In this document: positions 36,694 to 47,298 of the stretch, in pieces
Numbering within the stretch: position 1 is the first letter of the stretch
Layout: the number at the start of each line of letters is the position of its first letter
NCBI GenBank assembly: GCA_024346625.1
Contig: AP024666.1
Span: 1,240,001 to 1,304,000, forward strand
Source: Williopsis jadinii
Taxonomy: Eukaryota
Length of the DNA: 64,000 nt
Reading direction: 5' to 3'
The notes under the pieces: model-generated
The model's database searches: none
Told to the model about the DNA's origin: nothing
What the model saw: the letters and a program-made list of their open reading frames with translations, nothing else
Made by a program: the position numbers and the translations under genes

Positions 36694-37422
36694 CTATCGT
36701 TGCAAGGGTTCATTTTCCTCAATATTCATCCATTCGAGGAATTTCCATACTCTTTTCTCTAACCAGGGTATTTCTTGCCACCAGTATAGATCATCTGTAG
36801 AAGAGTAAAGGAATATTCGTTTCAACACAGGGAAAATGTGACGTTGTGGATTTATATTTTGGAATAAAAGCAGAGCAATGACAAAGAGAAACAGCACAAC
36901 GTTAATCCACGGTAGAGCTGCTGTGAATTTGCTCAAGAATGATCGTAATAAACCGAATATACTGATCCTTATCACTCGACGTGGTTTCTTTTTCGAGAGA
37001 CGCTCAGTTCTCATTGGGGATGCAGATATGTAGTCACAAATGCTAGGCTTCGTAGAAACGTTCCCAGTTATTTGAATCTCATCTGGCTGATTTTCACTCA
37101 ACCGTAAAGGTGAGCCGAGAGATGAAGTCCTCTGTAACTGTTCATTATGATCAATCTTTTCACTCAAGTATTTGACAAGGTCCACTTGGAGAAGATCGTC
37201 TAGGAATTCGAGAAAAATATTCTTATCAACCTCCAAGTCAGGATATTTGGATATGAAAAGCCGTACCGTGTTCCAGTAGCCACTGTCTAGAAATACATTG
37301 AACTTCAACTCAGTAGCATCCAAGAACTGATGTATCTGTGCAGATGTGACATATGGTTTGTCTTTGTTCAAAGTGAGTAATATATCACGTAGACCACTTT
37401 CAATAGAAAGAGAGTCCATCAC
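36694..37422 (-). CDS. Mps2/Csm4/Kms-like (KASH-like) nuclear-envelope membrane protein
   Basis: Helical N-terminal domain, one TM segment near the C-terminus and Trp-rich tail WWQEIPWLEKRVWKFLEW. Family assignment is from recall only. Confidence 0.5.
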   Translation of the reverse strand: MMDSLSIESGLRDILLTLNKDKPYVTSAQIHQFLDATELKFNVFLDSGYWNTVRLFISKYPDLEVDKNIFLEFLDDLLQVDLVKYLSEKIDHNEQLQRTSSLGSPLRLSENQPDEIQITGNVSTKPSICDYISASPMRTERLSKKKPRRVIRISIFGLLRSFLSKFTAALPWINVVLFLFVIALLLFQNINPQRHIFPVLKRIFLYSSTDDLYWWQEIPWLEKRVWKFLEWMNIEENEPLQR

Positions 37423-38010
37423 GTAGAGAATTTGAGAGATTGGGTCTCCGAATCTGCCGGTATGAGGGCTCCTCTATAACTTGTAGAGCTTGTTTATTTG
37501 ATTATTTACTCGATTGTTTACTTGTTTGTTTACTTCTTTGTGTGATTTTCGCCAGGGCCACAAAAAATTGGTCGTCACGGTGATTTTTATAGAACAAGAA
37601 ATTAGGACCCAAACAACTTTATATGGCAAACTAATAAGGCCACATCGTCAAGAGAAATCAATTCTTCCACGAATCATATATAGTTTCCTTTTGGAGAATT
37701 TGCACTCTGATTTATCACGTACCTTGTTCGTTAAATCATTTGTGAATGGTCAAGCATATGAAGGAGGAAAACAAGTTTGTGAAACTGATACCGAGTTGGG
37801 TTCGAGGTAGTTGGAATGGTCCTCTCAGAGAACTTCCTAAATTGTCACCATGGCTAGAATCGCAGATAGCGCGTAAAGTGGATCAACAAAGATTCTTCAT
37901 AATGTAGGATTGTCATTTGAAGATCCAACACCTGTTTAACATTATTTTTACGAGCATAGTCACCTCAAAAGCAGTATACACTGTTTTAATCAAAAAAAAA
38001 AAGACAAGAT

Positions 38011-38095
38011 TGAAACGGACAGGAATTGAACCTGCAACCCTTCGATTGCACTATTCCAACTGGAGTCGAAAGCTCTACCATTGAGCCACCGCTTC
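38011..38095 (-). tRNA. tRNA-Trp(CCA) with 13-nt intron (38059-38047)
   Basis: GAAGCGGTGGCTCAATGGTAGAGCTTTCGACTCCAG[TTGGAATAGTGCA]ATCGAAGGGTTGCAGGTTCAATTCCTGTCCGTTTCA, followed by an oligo-T Pol III terminator at 37992-38002. Confidence 0.97.
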
Positions 38096-38308
38096 ATCTT
38101 AAAGTTCGTTACCCAACAAAAATCCAGCCGCTGACAATACCATCGCTAAGTAGGGTAATGGCCAATAAAACATAACTCACCAACACAGTAATATAAGTGC
38201 TTTCCCGATGGTGGTCCGTTGACATGTCCTCCGATAATGTACTAACTATCACGCACAGTACGTAGCTACTCAGATGCGTCTCGAGATCGAATATATTGCC
38301 ACATTAAG

Positions 38309-38402
38309 TTATCACCAGTCACGTGCCATAGGATTTATCACCAGTCACGTGCCGTAGGATTTTTCGCCAGTCACGTGCCATATGATGATCGAGTCATGTG
38401 GC
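38309..38402. promoter_or_regulatory. 3 x 26-bp tandem repeat, each with GTCACGTG (Cbf1/CDEI-type E-box), flanked by TGTGGC (Met31/32-core) motifs; CYS4 promoter
   Basis: GTCACGTG at 38318, 38344 and 38370; degenerate GTCATGTGGC at about 38393; GCCACA at 38298. Confidence 0.8.
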
Positions 38403-38810
38403 TTGACGGAATTTGATACGCAGTCATACGCACAGACTGCACGACATTTATCATTCAACATGAGTTCCCTCCAGAGACGCTACTGTTTCAACCCATTGGA
38501 GGCCATCGATGGTGACTTGTAGATCATCGACGCTTCAGTGTCTTGTTCAGCTAATACATGGATCATACTCTCTTTACACGTATATAATCATACATAAAAA
38601 AAGGTAGAAGCCTTTGTAGAGCCGATAGTTCATTATGTCCAAGTGTTCCAGTAGTTTTTGCCGTGCGGTCAAGTGGGAGGTGTGGCCTGTCAGGTTGTAT
38701 AGCTTGTCCGGTCCCTTTAATGGGAAGAGGAATTTTCTGATTCAATCCATACCTTCTGAACTACACAATCTCATCGATTGACTACAAGTCGAAGATTATA
38801 GAGATCCACG

Positions 38811-40292
38811 ATGTCTGAAAGAGATTCAAAGATTCCAGCGCTCAACGAGAACATTCTCGAGCTGATTGGTAATACGCCACTAGTTAGATTGAACAAGGTG
38901 CCACAATCATTGGGGATTAAGCCCCAAGTGCTTGCCAAAGTTGAGTTGTTCAACGCTGGTGGAAGTATCAAGGACAGAATTGCCCTCAGAATGGTTGAGG
39001 AGGCTGAAAGGGAAGGTAGAATCAAGCCAGGTTATGTTCTCTGTGAGCCAACCTCTGGTAACACTGGTATCGGTTTGGCCCTGGCTGGTGCCGTTAAGGG
39101 CTACAGAGTGATCATCACTTTGCCAGAGAAGATGTCCAATGAGAAAGTCTCTGTGTTGAAAGCATTGGGTGCTGAGATCATCAGAACCCCAAACGAGGCT
39201 GCTTTTGACTCCCCAGAATCACACATTGGTGTAGCAAAGAGATTGGAGAAGGAGATCAAGAACTGTGTCATCTTGGACCAATACGGTAACATTAACAACC
39301 CGGATGCTCACTACTACACAACCGGTTACGAAATCTGGAAGCAAACAGGTGGTAAATTGAACGCCCTTGTTGCAGGTGCAGGTACTGGTGGTACTATCAC
39401 TGGTATTTCCAGATATTTGAAAGAACAGGATCCTAGCATCACAGTTGTTGGTGCTGACCCAGTCGGATCCATTTTGGCCGTGCCAGAGACATTGAACAAG
39501 ACTGATGTTACTCAATACAAAGTCGAAGGTATTGGTTACGACTTTATTCCAGACGTTTTGAAGAGAGAATCAGTTGACCAATGGTACAAGACTGAGGACC
39601 AGGAGTCCTTCACTTTGGCTAGAAGAATCATTTCAGAGGAGGGTATCTTGGTTGGTGGCTCATCCGGATCTGCAATGGCCGCCGTTGTAAAGTACTGTAA
39701 CGATCACCCAGAGCTCACGGAGAAGGATACAATCGTTGTTGTTTTCCCAGATTCTATCAGATCCTATTTGACCAAGTTTGCAGATGATGAATGGATGAAA
39801 TCCAACGGGTTTGAAATCAACACGAAGCCAAAGGCCGAAGATTTACAAACCGAAACCATTGCATCTTTGAACCTGAAGCCCGTCGTGGCTGTTTACTCTG
39901 ATGAGAAGGTTCAAACCGTTATCAAGCTCCTTAAGGACAACGGATTCGATCAATTACCAGTTCTTGCAAAGGGAACCGAGAAACTTATCGGTCTCATAAC
40001 TCTGAGCAAGCTTTTGAAATCAGTCTCATCTGGATCAGTGTCGTTGAACGACAACATCGAGCCAATAATCCTCGATTTCAGAAAGCTTAACAACTTTGAC
40101 GATGTCAACCTTTTCAACGACAACAAGTCGTCTAAAAAGAAATTCCAGCAGATCACCACCAAAACCACTCTAAAGGAGCTGAACAAGTTCTTCGAGAAGA
40201 ACGCTTGTGCCATTGTCACCGACGAGAACTTGAAGCCGGTGCACGTTGTGACCAAAGTGGACTTGTTGGACTACTTTGTTGGCGGCATCTAA
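38811..40292 (+). CDS. CYS4: Cystathionine beta-synthase
   Basis: FNAGGSIKDRIA (PLP Lys), EPTSGNTGIG, GAGTGGT and C-terminal CBS domains. Confidence 0.97.
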   Translation: MSERDSKIPALNENILELIGNTPLVRLNKVPQSLGIKPQVLAKVELFNAGGSIKDRIALRMVEEAEREGRIKPGYVLCEPTSGNTGIGLALAGAVKGYRVIITLPEKMSNEKVSVLKALGAEIIRTPNEAAFDSPESHIGVAKRLEKEIKNCVILDQYGNINNPDAHYYTTGYEIWKQTGGKLNALVAGAGTGGTITGISRYLKEQDPSITVVGADPVGSILAVPETLNKTDVTQYKVEGIGYDFIPDVLKRESVDQWYKTEDQESFTLARRIISEEGILVGGSSGSAMAAVVKYCNDHPELTEKDTIVVVFPDSIRSYLTKFADDEWMKSNGFEINTKPKAEDLQTETIASLNLKPVVAVYSDEKVQTVIKLLKDNGFDQLPVLAKGTEKLIGLITLSKLLKSVSSGSVSLNDNIEPIILDFRKLNNFDDVNLFNDNKSSKKKFQQITTKTTLKELNKFFEKNACAIVTDENLKPVHVVTKVDLLDYFVGGI

Positions 40293-40466
40293 TTGCACTC
40301 AATAGTACATAATACGACAAGCTTGCTGTATACTGCACACAAGAAGCGAACGACATGGCTCCATTTGTCGTTGTGCCTGTAGTCTCTTTACCCTGAGGAC
40401 CCATAACCGGAGCTAGAACCGTCCAATAAAGCCACCTCTATCATATAAACCCTCCGACTATCGATG

Positions 40467-40975
40467 GCTGGTTAGGAGTCCATCTTTGTTTACACTATGT
40501 TTTGATACCGATTCCCCGGTAACTATGTCCTCTATGATGCCGCTCAGTTCGATGGGTTAAAGCTAGCGCGCAGAGCTCGGCAGAACTCCTCCCACAGTTT
40601 CCAGGCCCAGGGGACCCGTTTCCCGCCAAACAAATAAAAAAGTGGGCCTTATGAGGTGGTGGCTGGACGGTGTAAAGCGCGCGCGCACAGCAAAAGCTTC
40701 TCACCTGCGTCAAAGTCTCATATGTCCGAAGAAAAAGGTAAACAAAGGACAACCAGCCAAGTAAACAAAACCATGGTTATAGCGTAGGACTGTAGGGACA
40801 TATGCGTTTGACTGTCATTGAGCGGAAGAAATGAAGCGATGTGGTGTGTGGAATATGGGATGACGGGCGTTGTTTCTTTAGCTACGAGGTCCAGATTTCT
40901 TATCAAAACAAACATATGGAGGTTATCTTCGCATGGGACAACCAGCCTCAGCGGTTGTGGTGCTTTTTATATAAA
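40467..40975. promoter_or_regulatory. Ace2/Swi5 (ACCAGC) and forkhead (GTAAACAA) sites plus TATA in DSE1 promoter
   Basis: ACCAGC at 40752, 40941 and 40467 (reverse); GTAAACAA at 40738 and 40761; TATATAAA at 40968. Confidence 0.6.
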
Positions 40976-41058
40976 CAGTCGTTTCTTCGAGTTTGCAGTT
41001 GAGAAGGTGTCTCTTCAGCTTCCTTTGGAGCTGCTCTTACTGAACGATCAACTCCTCC

Positions 41059-42741
41059 ATGGACCACTATTCTCCACCCACACTCTTTAGACAAAACGCG
41101 ATGACTTCCAAGATGAGATCGGTATCAGCTCCACACGATACCCGGCTCTATCACCAAGCAGACAGGGAAATTATCAACAAGACGCTACCAAGTCCAAAAT
41201 CAAACATCTGTTCCAACTACTGGAGAATACCAGACGACGAGTTGTTTCTTACATCCATCTCTGTGAACAAAGAGAACCCAGAACAGTTGGCCGTTGCCTC
41301 AGGCAAATGCGAATCGAACCTTTTCATCTATGACATTGATTACAAAGACATGTCGCTGACACATCAACAAACCATATCGCTTCCATATATACAAAGCACA
41401 CAGTGGCTGGGATACGATAAGGCTGAAAGCCTGCTTCTCACAGGCCATAGAAACGGCTCCGCACATATCGTCTCTATCCCTGACTCCAACTCCGAAGAGA
41501 GTGCCAGTATCATAAAGAGATTTAACCACAAGAAACACTTCACATCCAACTATCAACGTTCAATAAGCGTGGATCAGCTTGTGCTGCCAAATTGGATCAA
41601 CAACCGACAGAACTTCCTATCCAGCTGTAATGAAAGCATTTTCCTTTGGGACATGCACCACAGATCAGATTTACCAATTCTGAAGACTCAGCACCTGGGT
41701 CTACTGAGTTTTGATGCATCTTTAGCCCAGAATGGAATGATTTCACTAGCTGGTGATTTTGGTATTGCTCTGAATGACCTTCGAGCACCAACTGGAACAC
41801 CTTCCGTTTTCACACCAAGACAGAACCTTGGTGCCTCAAACTGTATTAAATGGGCACCATACGACTCAAACGTCTTAGCAGCTTCGCACATTGATGGAAC
41901 TGTGAGACTGTGGGATATCAGAGCTCAGAACTCCTTTGGTAAATTGGCTGGTCATAAAGACATGGTGACGTCGATTCAATGGTCCGAGGAGAGTTCTGCT
42001 GATTTGTACACTGGTGGTAAGGACGGCTGTATAATTCACTGGGATGTTCCAATGACAGAAGACCTTTCAGAATGTTGTCTCAGAGAAGGTCTCGAAAGTG
42101 TTAAGTATATGGCAGATCAATTCTTTACAGACGACAAGGACATTTATGCAAACTTGAAGAGAAGACAGTGTGGTAGCTTGATCCCAGCAGCAAAGACTTC
42201 AATTGTTGATATGTGTTCCACTGGAAGTAAAATACTGTCTATTGATAGCTCGGCGTTCCTTGGTGCTCATGATAAGAGAGGTGCAGACTCTTTCACAGTG
42301 GAGGAAGGTACTTCTGATACTATTATGGAGGAGATGTTGAGCGAGTTCCCAATACTCTCGGTATCGTCTTCTCCAGGTTCACCTTCATCATCATCTCGCA
42401 CTTTGTACGAGGCTTCGCCACAGTCTTCTCCTGTCATATCGGTGGCTAAGAGTTCCTCATTGACTCTTGAGCCATCACTGTCCAAGCCTTTGACAAAACT
42501 TGAAAACGATTCCACATCTACTTTAGTTGAAAAGTTTGAGCTTCTCCTGAAAGGAGAAACTTCAAACACGAGAAGAGTCTCTGGAGATACTTTGCACGAC
42601 AGCGATGGAACAGATTACTCACTAAGTACTGACGTTTCACGCTCTGAAGAAGTGGAAGCTGCTTTCACCTATGAAAAGATCGTTCCTTTGGACTTATCCA
42701 TGAGGTTACTTGTTGAAAGACAGCCCATGGCTTATATTTAA
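41059..42741 (+). CDS. DSE1: Dse1 daughter-specific WD40 protein
   Basis: N-terminal YSPPTLFRQ, SNYW and FNHKKH; WD repeats (DGTVRLWDIR, GKDGCIIHWD). Convergent with a CK1 gene, like DSE1/YCK3. Confidence 0.82.
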   Translation: MDHYSPPTLFRQNAMTSKMRSVSAPHDTRLYHQADREIINKTLPSPKSNICSNYWRIPDDELFLTSISVNKENPEQLAVASGKCESNLFIYDIDYKDMSLTHQQTISLPYIQSTQWLGYDKAESLLLTGHRNGSAHIVSIPDSNSEESASIIKRFNHKKHFTSNYQRSISVDQLVLPNWINNRQNFLSSCNESIFLWDMHHRSDLPILKTQHLGLLSFDASLAQNGMISLAGDFGIALNDLRAPTGTPSVFTPRQNLGASNCIKWAPYDSNVLAASHIDGTVRLWDIRAQNSFGKLAGHKDMVTSIQWSEESSADLYTGGKDGCIIHWDVPMTEDLSECCLREGLESVKYMADQFFTDDKDIYANLKRRQCGSLIPAAKTSIVDMCSTGSKILSIDSSAFLGAHDKRGADSFTVEEGTSDTIMEEMLSEFPILSVSSSPGSPSSSSRTLYEASPQSSPVISVAKSSSLTLEPSLSKPLTKLENDSTSTLVEKFELLLKGETSNTRRVSGDTLHDSDGTDYSLSTDVSRSEEVEAAFTYEKIVPLDLSMRLLVERQPMAYI

Positions 42742-43239
42742 CTATAACACAGTACAAGCTGCTGGTACTCCTTGAACGAAATGATATCCCAATACATGAG
42801 CACCTAACTTGTTAGCGCTCGATGTTAATTAACTTTCCATGTCACCGACAACTTAATCAAAACCAATGATCTGTGATCAAATTTATAATTCATTTCAAGT
42901 AGATAGTACGAAATACACTAAAGGTGTGTAGTGTCAATTCACATGGTCTAGACATAACATGATTATTAAGAATACGTACTATACGGAAAGGCTTTCTGTT
43001 CTCGCTTGAAGCATTAGCATGACGATTATTTAAAGACTGCACCGGCAACAAGTATAACCCTTATGTTGAAATGCAACCTGGATGAAAGAGTTCAATATCT
43101 AAGAGCACTAGGACGGTCTTTTGTTTCTGTATTTTTTTTTTCATTTTTTCTTCTCTTCTTAGTGTTGTGATTTTGTATGACTTTCTTTCAGAATACAAGT
43201 AAATTATGATTAAACATGCCCTTCTTTTAATATTACACT

Positions 43240-44493
43240 TCAGGAACAGCAGCAGTATTTGGCAAAGAATCCCTTTTTCGAGGATGTTTCAGATCTCAGA
43301 TCGTTTTGATCTCCAATCAGGTTTTGCTGAGGATCACTAACTTTGTTTGAGTTTATTGCATACTGCGATGAATTCATCAAGTAGTTTCCCTGTGCAAGTT
43401 TTGGAATCTTTGATCTTGAGTTATTCAAGGAATGGACCTTTTGCTTGGTCTGTGAGGACAGCTGTTGTTGCTGCTGTTGTTGTTGTTGTCCACTCAATGG
43501 GAAATTCTGTTGTGTATTTCTTGGAGTTGGGTTCCCGTAACCATGTAGATTTGGTTTCTTATTAATCTGTGAGTCCCAGCCTTTGCCTCCATTTAGTGCC
43601 ATCCAGTCGTAATATCCATCTTCAGTTTCATGAATAGACTCCAATGCAGCATCCATAAGGGATCTCAAGTAATCATAATCTGGATCTTCTTCAAATTTCA
43701 AGTTTCTGACATAGGTCAAGTACTCGCCAAACTGTGGAGGGAATTCTTCACAGAGCTCGGCGATTGGGGTCGATTTCTTCTTCTGGCCAATCTTCTCATA
43801 CTTCTGCTTGTTAGTTGGAGCCTTTAGACCTTGCCACGGCAATGCACCTCTCAAGAAATACAGGAAAACATGACCCAAGCTCTCCAAATCGTCCCTTCTC
43901 GACTGTTCTCTGCCCAAATGTGTATTGATAGACATGTATCTTGCAGTTCCACTCAGCGATTTACGTTCTCTATATGGAATATGCTGCTTGGTCTTTGGAT
44001 CTCTATAATATTTGGCCATTCCGAAGTCCACAATGTGCACCGTGTTCGCCGTTGGTGTGTTCGGTCTTCCAATTAAAAAGTTATCCGGCTTGATATCTCT
44101 AAAGATTAGATCCTTGTCGTGTATCGCCTGGACTCTGGTGATCATCTGTTTGGCAACCTGTGCCACTGTTTTGACGCTGAATTTCCGTCCGCACCAGTCA
44201 AAGAGATCCTCCAACGAAGGCCCGAGAAGGTCGATAACCAATATGTTGTGCAGTCCCTCCTGACCAAAGTAGTAGGCTCTGGGGATTCCATATGTGCCAG
44301 CCAATATCCTGTAAGCCCTATACTCGTCTCTCAACTGAGGCGTCTCGCTTCTTCTCGGCTCGAATTTGATGGCAACTTGCTGGTTGTTCAACAAGTTCAC
44401 ACCCTCAAAGATAATACCAAAGGAGCCCTCCCCAATCTTCTTCCCAACCTTGTAGTGGATCCCAATAACGTTTGCGTTTTGGCTCTGTGACAT
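43240..44493 (-). CDS. YCK3: Casein kinase I gamma-type, palmitoylated (Yck3-like by synteny and multi-Cys tail)
   Basis: IGEGSFG, LLGPSLEDLF, RDIKPDNFL and SRRDDLESLG; C-terminus KYCCCS. ATG at 44493. Kinase family is certain; paralog choice is less so. Confidence 0.78.
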   Translation of the reverse strand: MSQSQNANVIGIHYKVGKKIGEGSFGIIFEGVNLLNNQQVAIKFEPRRSETPQLRDEYRAYRILAGTYGIPRAYYFGQEGLHNILVIDLLGPSLEDLFDWCGRKFSVKTVAQVAKQMITRVQAIHDKDLIFRDIKPDNFLIGRPNTPTANTVHIVDFGMAKYYRDPKTKQHIPYRERKSLSGTARYMSINTHLGREQSRRDDLESLGHVFLYFLRGALPWQGLKAPTNKQKYEKIGQKKKSTPIAELCEEFPPQFGEYLTYVRNLKFEEDPDYDYLRSLMDAALESIHETEDGYYDWMALNGGKGWDSQINKKPNLHGYGNPTPRNTQQNFPLSGQQQQQQQQQLSSQTKQKVHSLNNSRSKIPKLAQGNYLMNSSQYAINSNKVSDPQQNLIGDQNDLRSETSSKKGFFAKYCCCS

Positions 44494-45704
44494 CTCTTCA
44501 GTCCTCAAAGGTATCAAACGTCCTCGCAAAACAGTTTCTCCTCTCTGTTGATCTTTCCGTCGTGTGTGCTCCCCTTGTCGACTCCAAAATCACAGGGTGG
44601 GAATGTGAATGGGCTGTCAAATGTCGTTGATTTTGGAGAGAAAATTACAGCAATTTCCACAAAACAGGGAGGAATTGACGAAAAACCAAACAAACGGGGG
44701 AAGAACACAAGCGAAAAAATGAAAACAGAACGGTTCCACTTTCTCACGCACAAAAATTTAAAGGGCGTCCCAGGGGAGCAAAAAAAAATCGGCCAACGAC
44801 TTGGAACAAAGACTTTTTTAATGGTACAATTATTATGTAAACAAAATAAGGATATGATTCGCGTGCTTATTTTTACTTTTCGAGGGGGGCAGGCGCTGTG
44901 CCCTTACTTTGCTGTGAAATTTGAGCGGTGAACACAAAACGAGTTGTGTGGCAAGGGCACATTGTACACAGAACCGGATGGCGTGGGAGGCTGTTGAAGT
45001 GGGATGAGAAGCGTGTGTGCGGGTGGCATTTCGGTGGCTGATGAGTGTTGATGTTTAAGGATGGGGGAAGGCGGGGCGGAGTTAGTCAGATTTGTAATGT
45101 AATAACAGGGTCGGAATAGTTATATAATTTTCAGATAGAGATGCCGATCAGAATGACAGGCCAGGACGAGGCACAGCGACGTTTGTGATGTCTGTGGTGT
45201 TTAAATTGTGAAAGCAGGTAAAGACGATGTGTTGTGGGTGGTGTTTTATGGGGGGGGCAGTGATGGTGACGATATTGGCGTATCTTCCAGGTGAAGTTAT
45301 CAGTATGAGATATAGCCCAATGAGGAAATTGCCCGAAATACCCTACCCGCATCGCCTGCGCACGCATTTTGGCAGATGCATTTGTTTCGCGGTGTTTGGA
45401 TGCGCTGTCGCTTTTGGAGCGAACATGTTTTTCGTTTTCGGTTTTGTGGTTTTCGTCGTTTTTCGTTTTTCGCCTTTTTTGTCGCTTTTATGTTTTTTGT
45501 TATTTCGCATCTTTCCTTCCTCTTACACTTCTGGTCTGTAATTTCATACAGTGGGATTAAACACCGTGGTTGAGCATTACAACACAAGTTGCGGATAATA
45601 ATCGACTTCTCAAAGCATATTCATCCAGTGTTCATCAGCTCACTCTAATAGGTAACATCACACGCCATTGTGTATACCGCTGTTGATTTCAAAAGTGCGA
45701 TAGC

Positions 45705-46655
45705 ATGACGGATTTGATTGTCAATGCGAAATGTCTGGCATACCATGGGCCTTTGCTCTACGAAGCCAAGATTGTAAAAGTTCACGAGCCTGGTAAAGAC
45801 GTTGTCCAGACAAAGGATGGCGAAGAGCCAGTCAAGTGGGATGAGATCCCTGAGGAGTTGAAAAATGACAAGACTTATTACATTCACTACAAAGGCTGGA
45901 AATCTTCGTGGGATGAGTGGGTAGATATCTCCAGACTTAAAGAGCTAACACTGGACAACTTGCAATTGCAGAAAAGCTTGAAGAAGGCAGCATTGACCAG
46001 CACGTCGAGTGTGTCAGCAACAAATAGTAAGAGAACGCTAAACGTTTCAAAGTCGTCGACATCCACTGCATTGGTCACAAGAGCCAATAGAAGACGTCAC
46101 GACATGGATATGGAGACGGAGGAGGAGTACTTGAGGAAACCAGAGATCAACATTCTGATTCCCGATACTCTGAAATCATTACTGGTGGATGACTGGGAAC
46201 TGGTCACGAAGGAACATCAACTACTATCACTACCCACAAAGCCAAATGTGGATTCACTGCTAAGGACCTTTAGACAATCGTTAGGAAGGAAAAGCTCGGT
46301 GGAGAATGAGATCCTGGATGAGTTCTTGTCAGGAATGAGAATATACTTCAACAGATCCCTGGGAAACATCTTACTGTACAGATTTGAAAGACAACAAGAC
46401 TTGGAGATTACAAAGGACCCAAAGCTCAAAGATCAGGAACCTAGTCAAATATATGGAGCTGAACATTTGCTGAGATTGATGGTTTCTCTTCCTGCATTGA
46501 TTGCACAGACAACCATGGACCAACAGAGCGTTGGAACATTAAAGGATCACATTGAACAACTCTTGAACTATCTCGATAGGAATAAAAAACTCTTTTTCTT
46601 AAAACGTTATGAAAACGTTACGCCGGCATACGAGGCACTATCAAAAAACGTCTGA
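45705..46655 (+). CDS. EAF3: Eaf3 (chromodomain + MRG), NuA4/Rpd3S subunit
   Basis: CLAYHGPLLYEAKI, IHYKGWKSSWDEWV, LLYRFERQQ and IYGAEHLLRL. Confidence 0.96.
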   Translation: MTDLIVNAKCLAYHGPLLYEAKIVKVHEPGKDVVQTKDGEEPVKWDEIPEELKNDKTYYIHYKGWKSSWDEWVDISRLKELTLDNLQLQKSLKKAALTSTSSVSATNSKRTLNVSKSSTSTALVTRANRRRHDMDMETEEEYLRKPEINILIPDTLKSLLVDDWELVTKEHQLLSLPTKPNVDSLLRTFRQSLGRKSSVENEILDEFLSGMRIYFNRSLGNILLYRFERQQDLEITKDPKLKDQEPSQIYGAEHLLRLMVSLPALIAQTTMDQQSVGTLKDHIEQLLNYLDRNKKLFFLKRYENVTPAYEALSKNV

Positions 46656-46764
46656 AGAACACACCAAAGAGAGCAAATCATCATTGGATACTACATCACA
46701 ATCATAAATTCAGCATTAGAATGTTAATGTAAATTTGTATACATAAATATATGCTAACTGTGTA

Positions 46765-47264
46765 TGTTGGAATACCAGCGCTTGTATTTATAGTCATCAT
46801 GATCATCAAGTGACCGCTCAATGTTGGAATTGAACGGTAGTCATTATTGTTGTCCAATAATTCCTCCATCTTTATCAACAAATGAAGAGAATTTTGGACA
46901 AATGGAAATTGGAAACAATGTTGGAATTGTAACCAAGGATGTCGGTCGTAACATGAGGAATCAACAATGTTGGAATTGTGAATCCTTTCCCTTTATTCTA
47001 ATGACAATGATTAGAATAAAGAGGTGAGTAAAAAGCAAACAAGAAAAAAAGGATATAAGCAGCAGTAAAGTGAAAAAAAAAACATAGGTTGTTGGAAACC
47101 TCCTCTATAGATGCAATGTGTAATAGAAAAAAAGACAGTCTGTAAGGGAAAAGATCACCTATGAAGTGTATGTTGAAACATCTCCATATATCTTCAAGAG
47201 AAAGTCACGTTGATTAACGTGGCCTGTTATGGCATGGGGATTTGTAGTTTTGTGATGTTGAAAA
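46765..47264. repeat. Dispersed same-orientation TGTTG(G/A)AA motif cluster (7 copies) with a 12-bp perfect inverted repeat
   Basis: Copies at 46765, 46822, 46919, 46968, 47090, 47171 and 47256. Hairpin CTTTATTCTAAT-N7-ATTAGAATAAAG at 46991-47021. Confidence 0.6.
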
Positions 47265-47298
47265 CAAACTCAATATGCAATTTGAACATAACATCTGT

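Noticed and set aside
38011..38095. Suppressor-type tRNA-Trp
   Set aside because: Normal CCA anticodon and 5-bp anticodon stem (TTCGA/TCGAA).
38309..38386. CRISPR array or point centromere (CDEI motif)
   Set aside because: Units are contiguous with no unique spacers, and no AT-rich CDEII or CDEIII follows. A sulfur-gene promoter explains the motif.
43240..44493. Alternative genetic code (CUG = Ser/Ala)
   Set aside because: CTG occupies invariant Leu positions in CK1 (GLHNIL, KSLSGT) and in Atg7 (NLKLMKW).
46765..46980. Solo LTR, CRISPR-like array or a-factor gene
   Set aside because: TGTTG...CAACA pairings give only about 115-145 bp with no target-site duplication, spacing is irregular, and I found no small CAAX-ending ORF.
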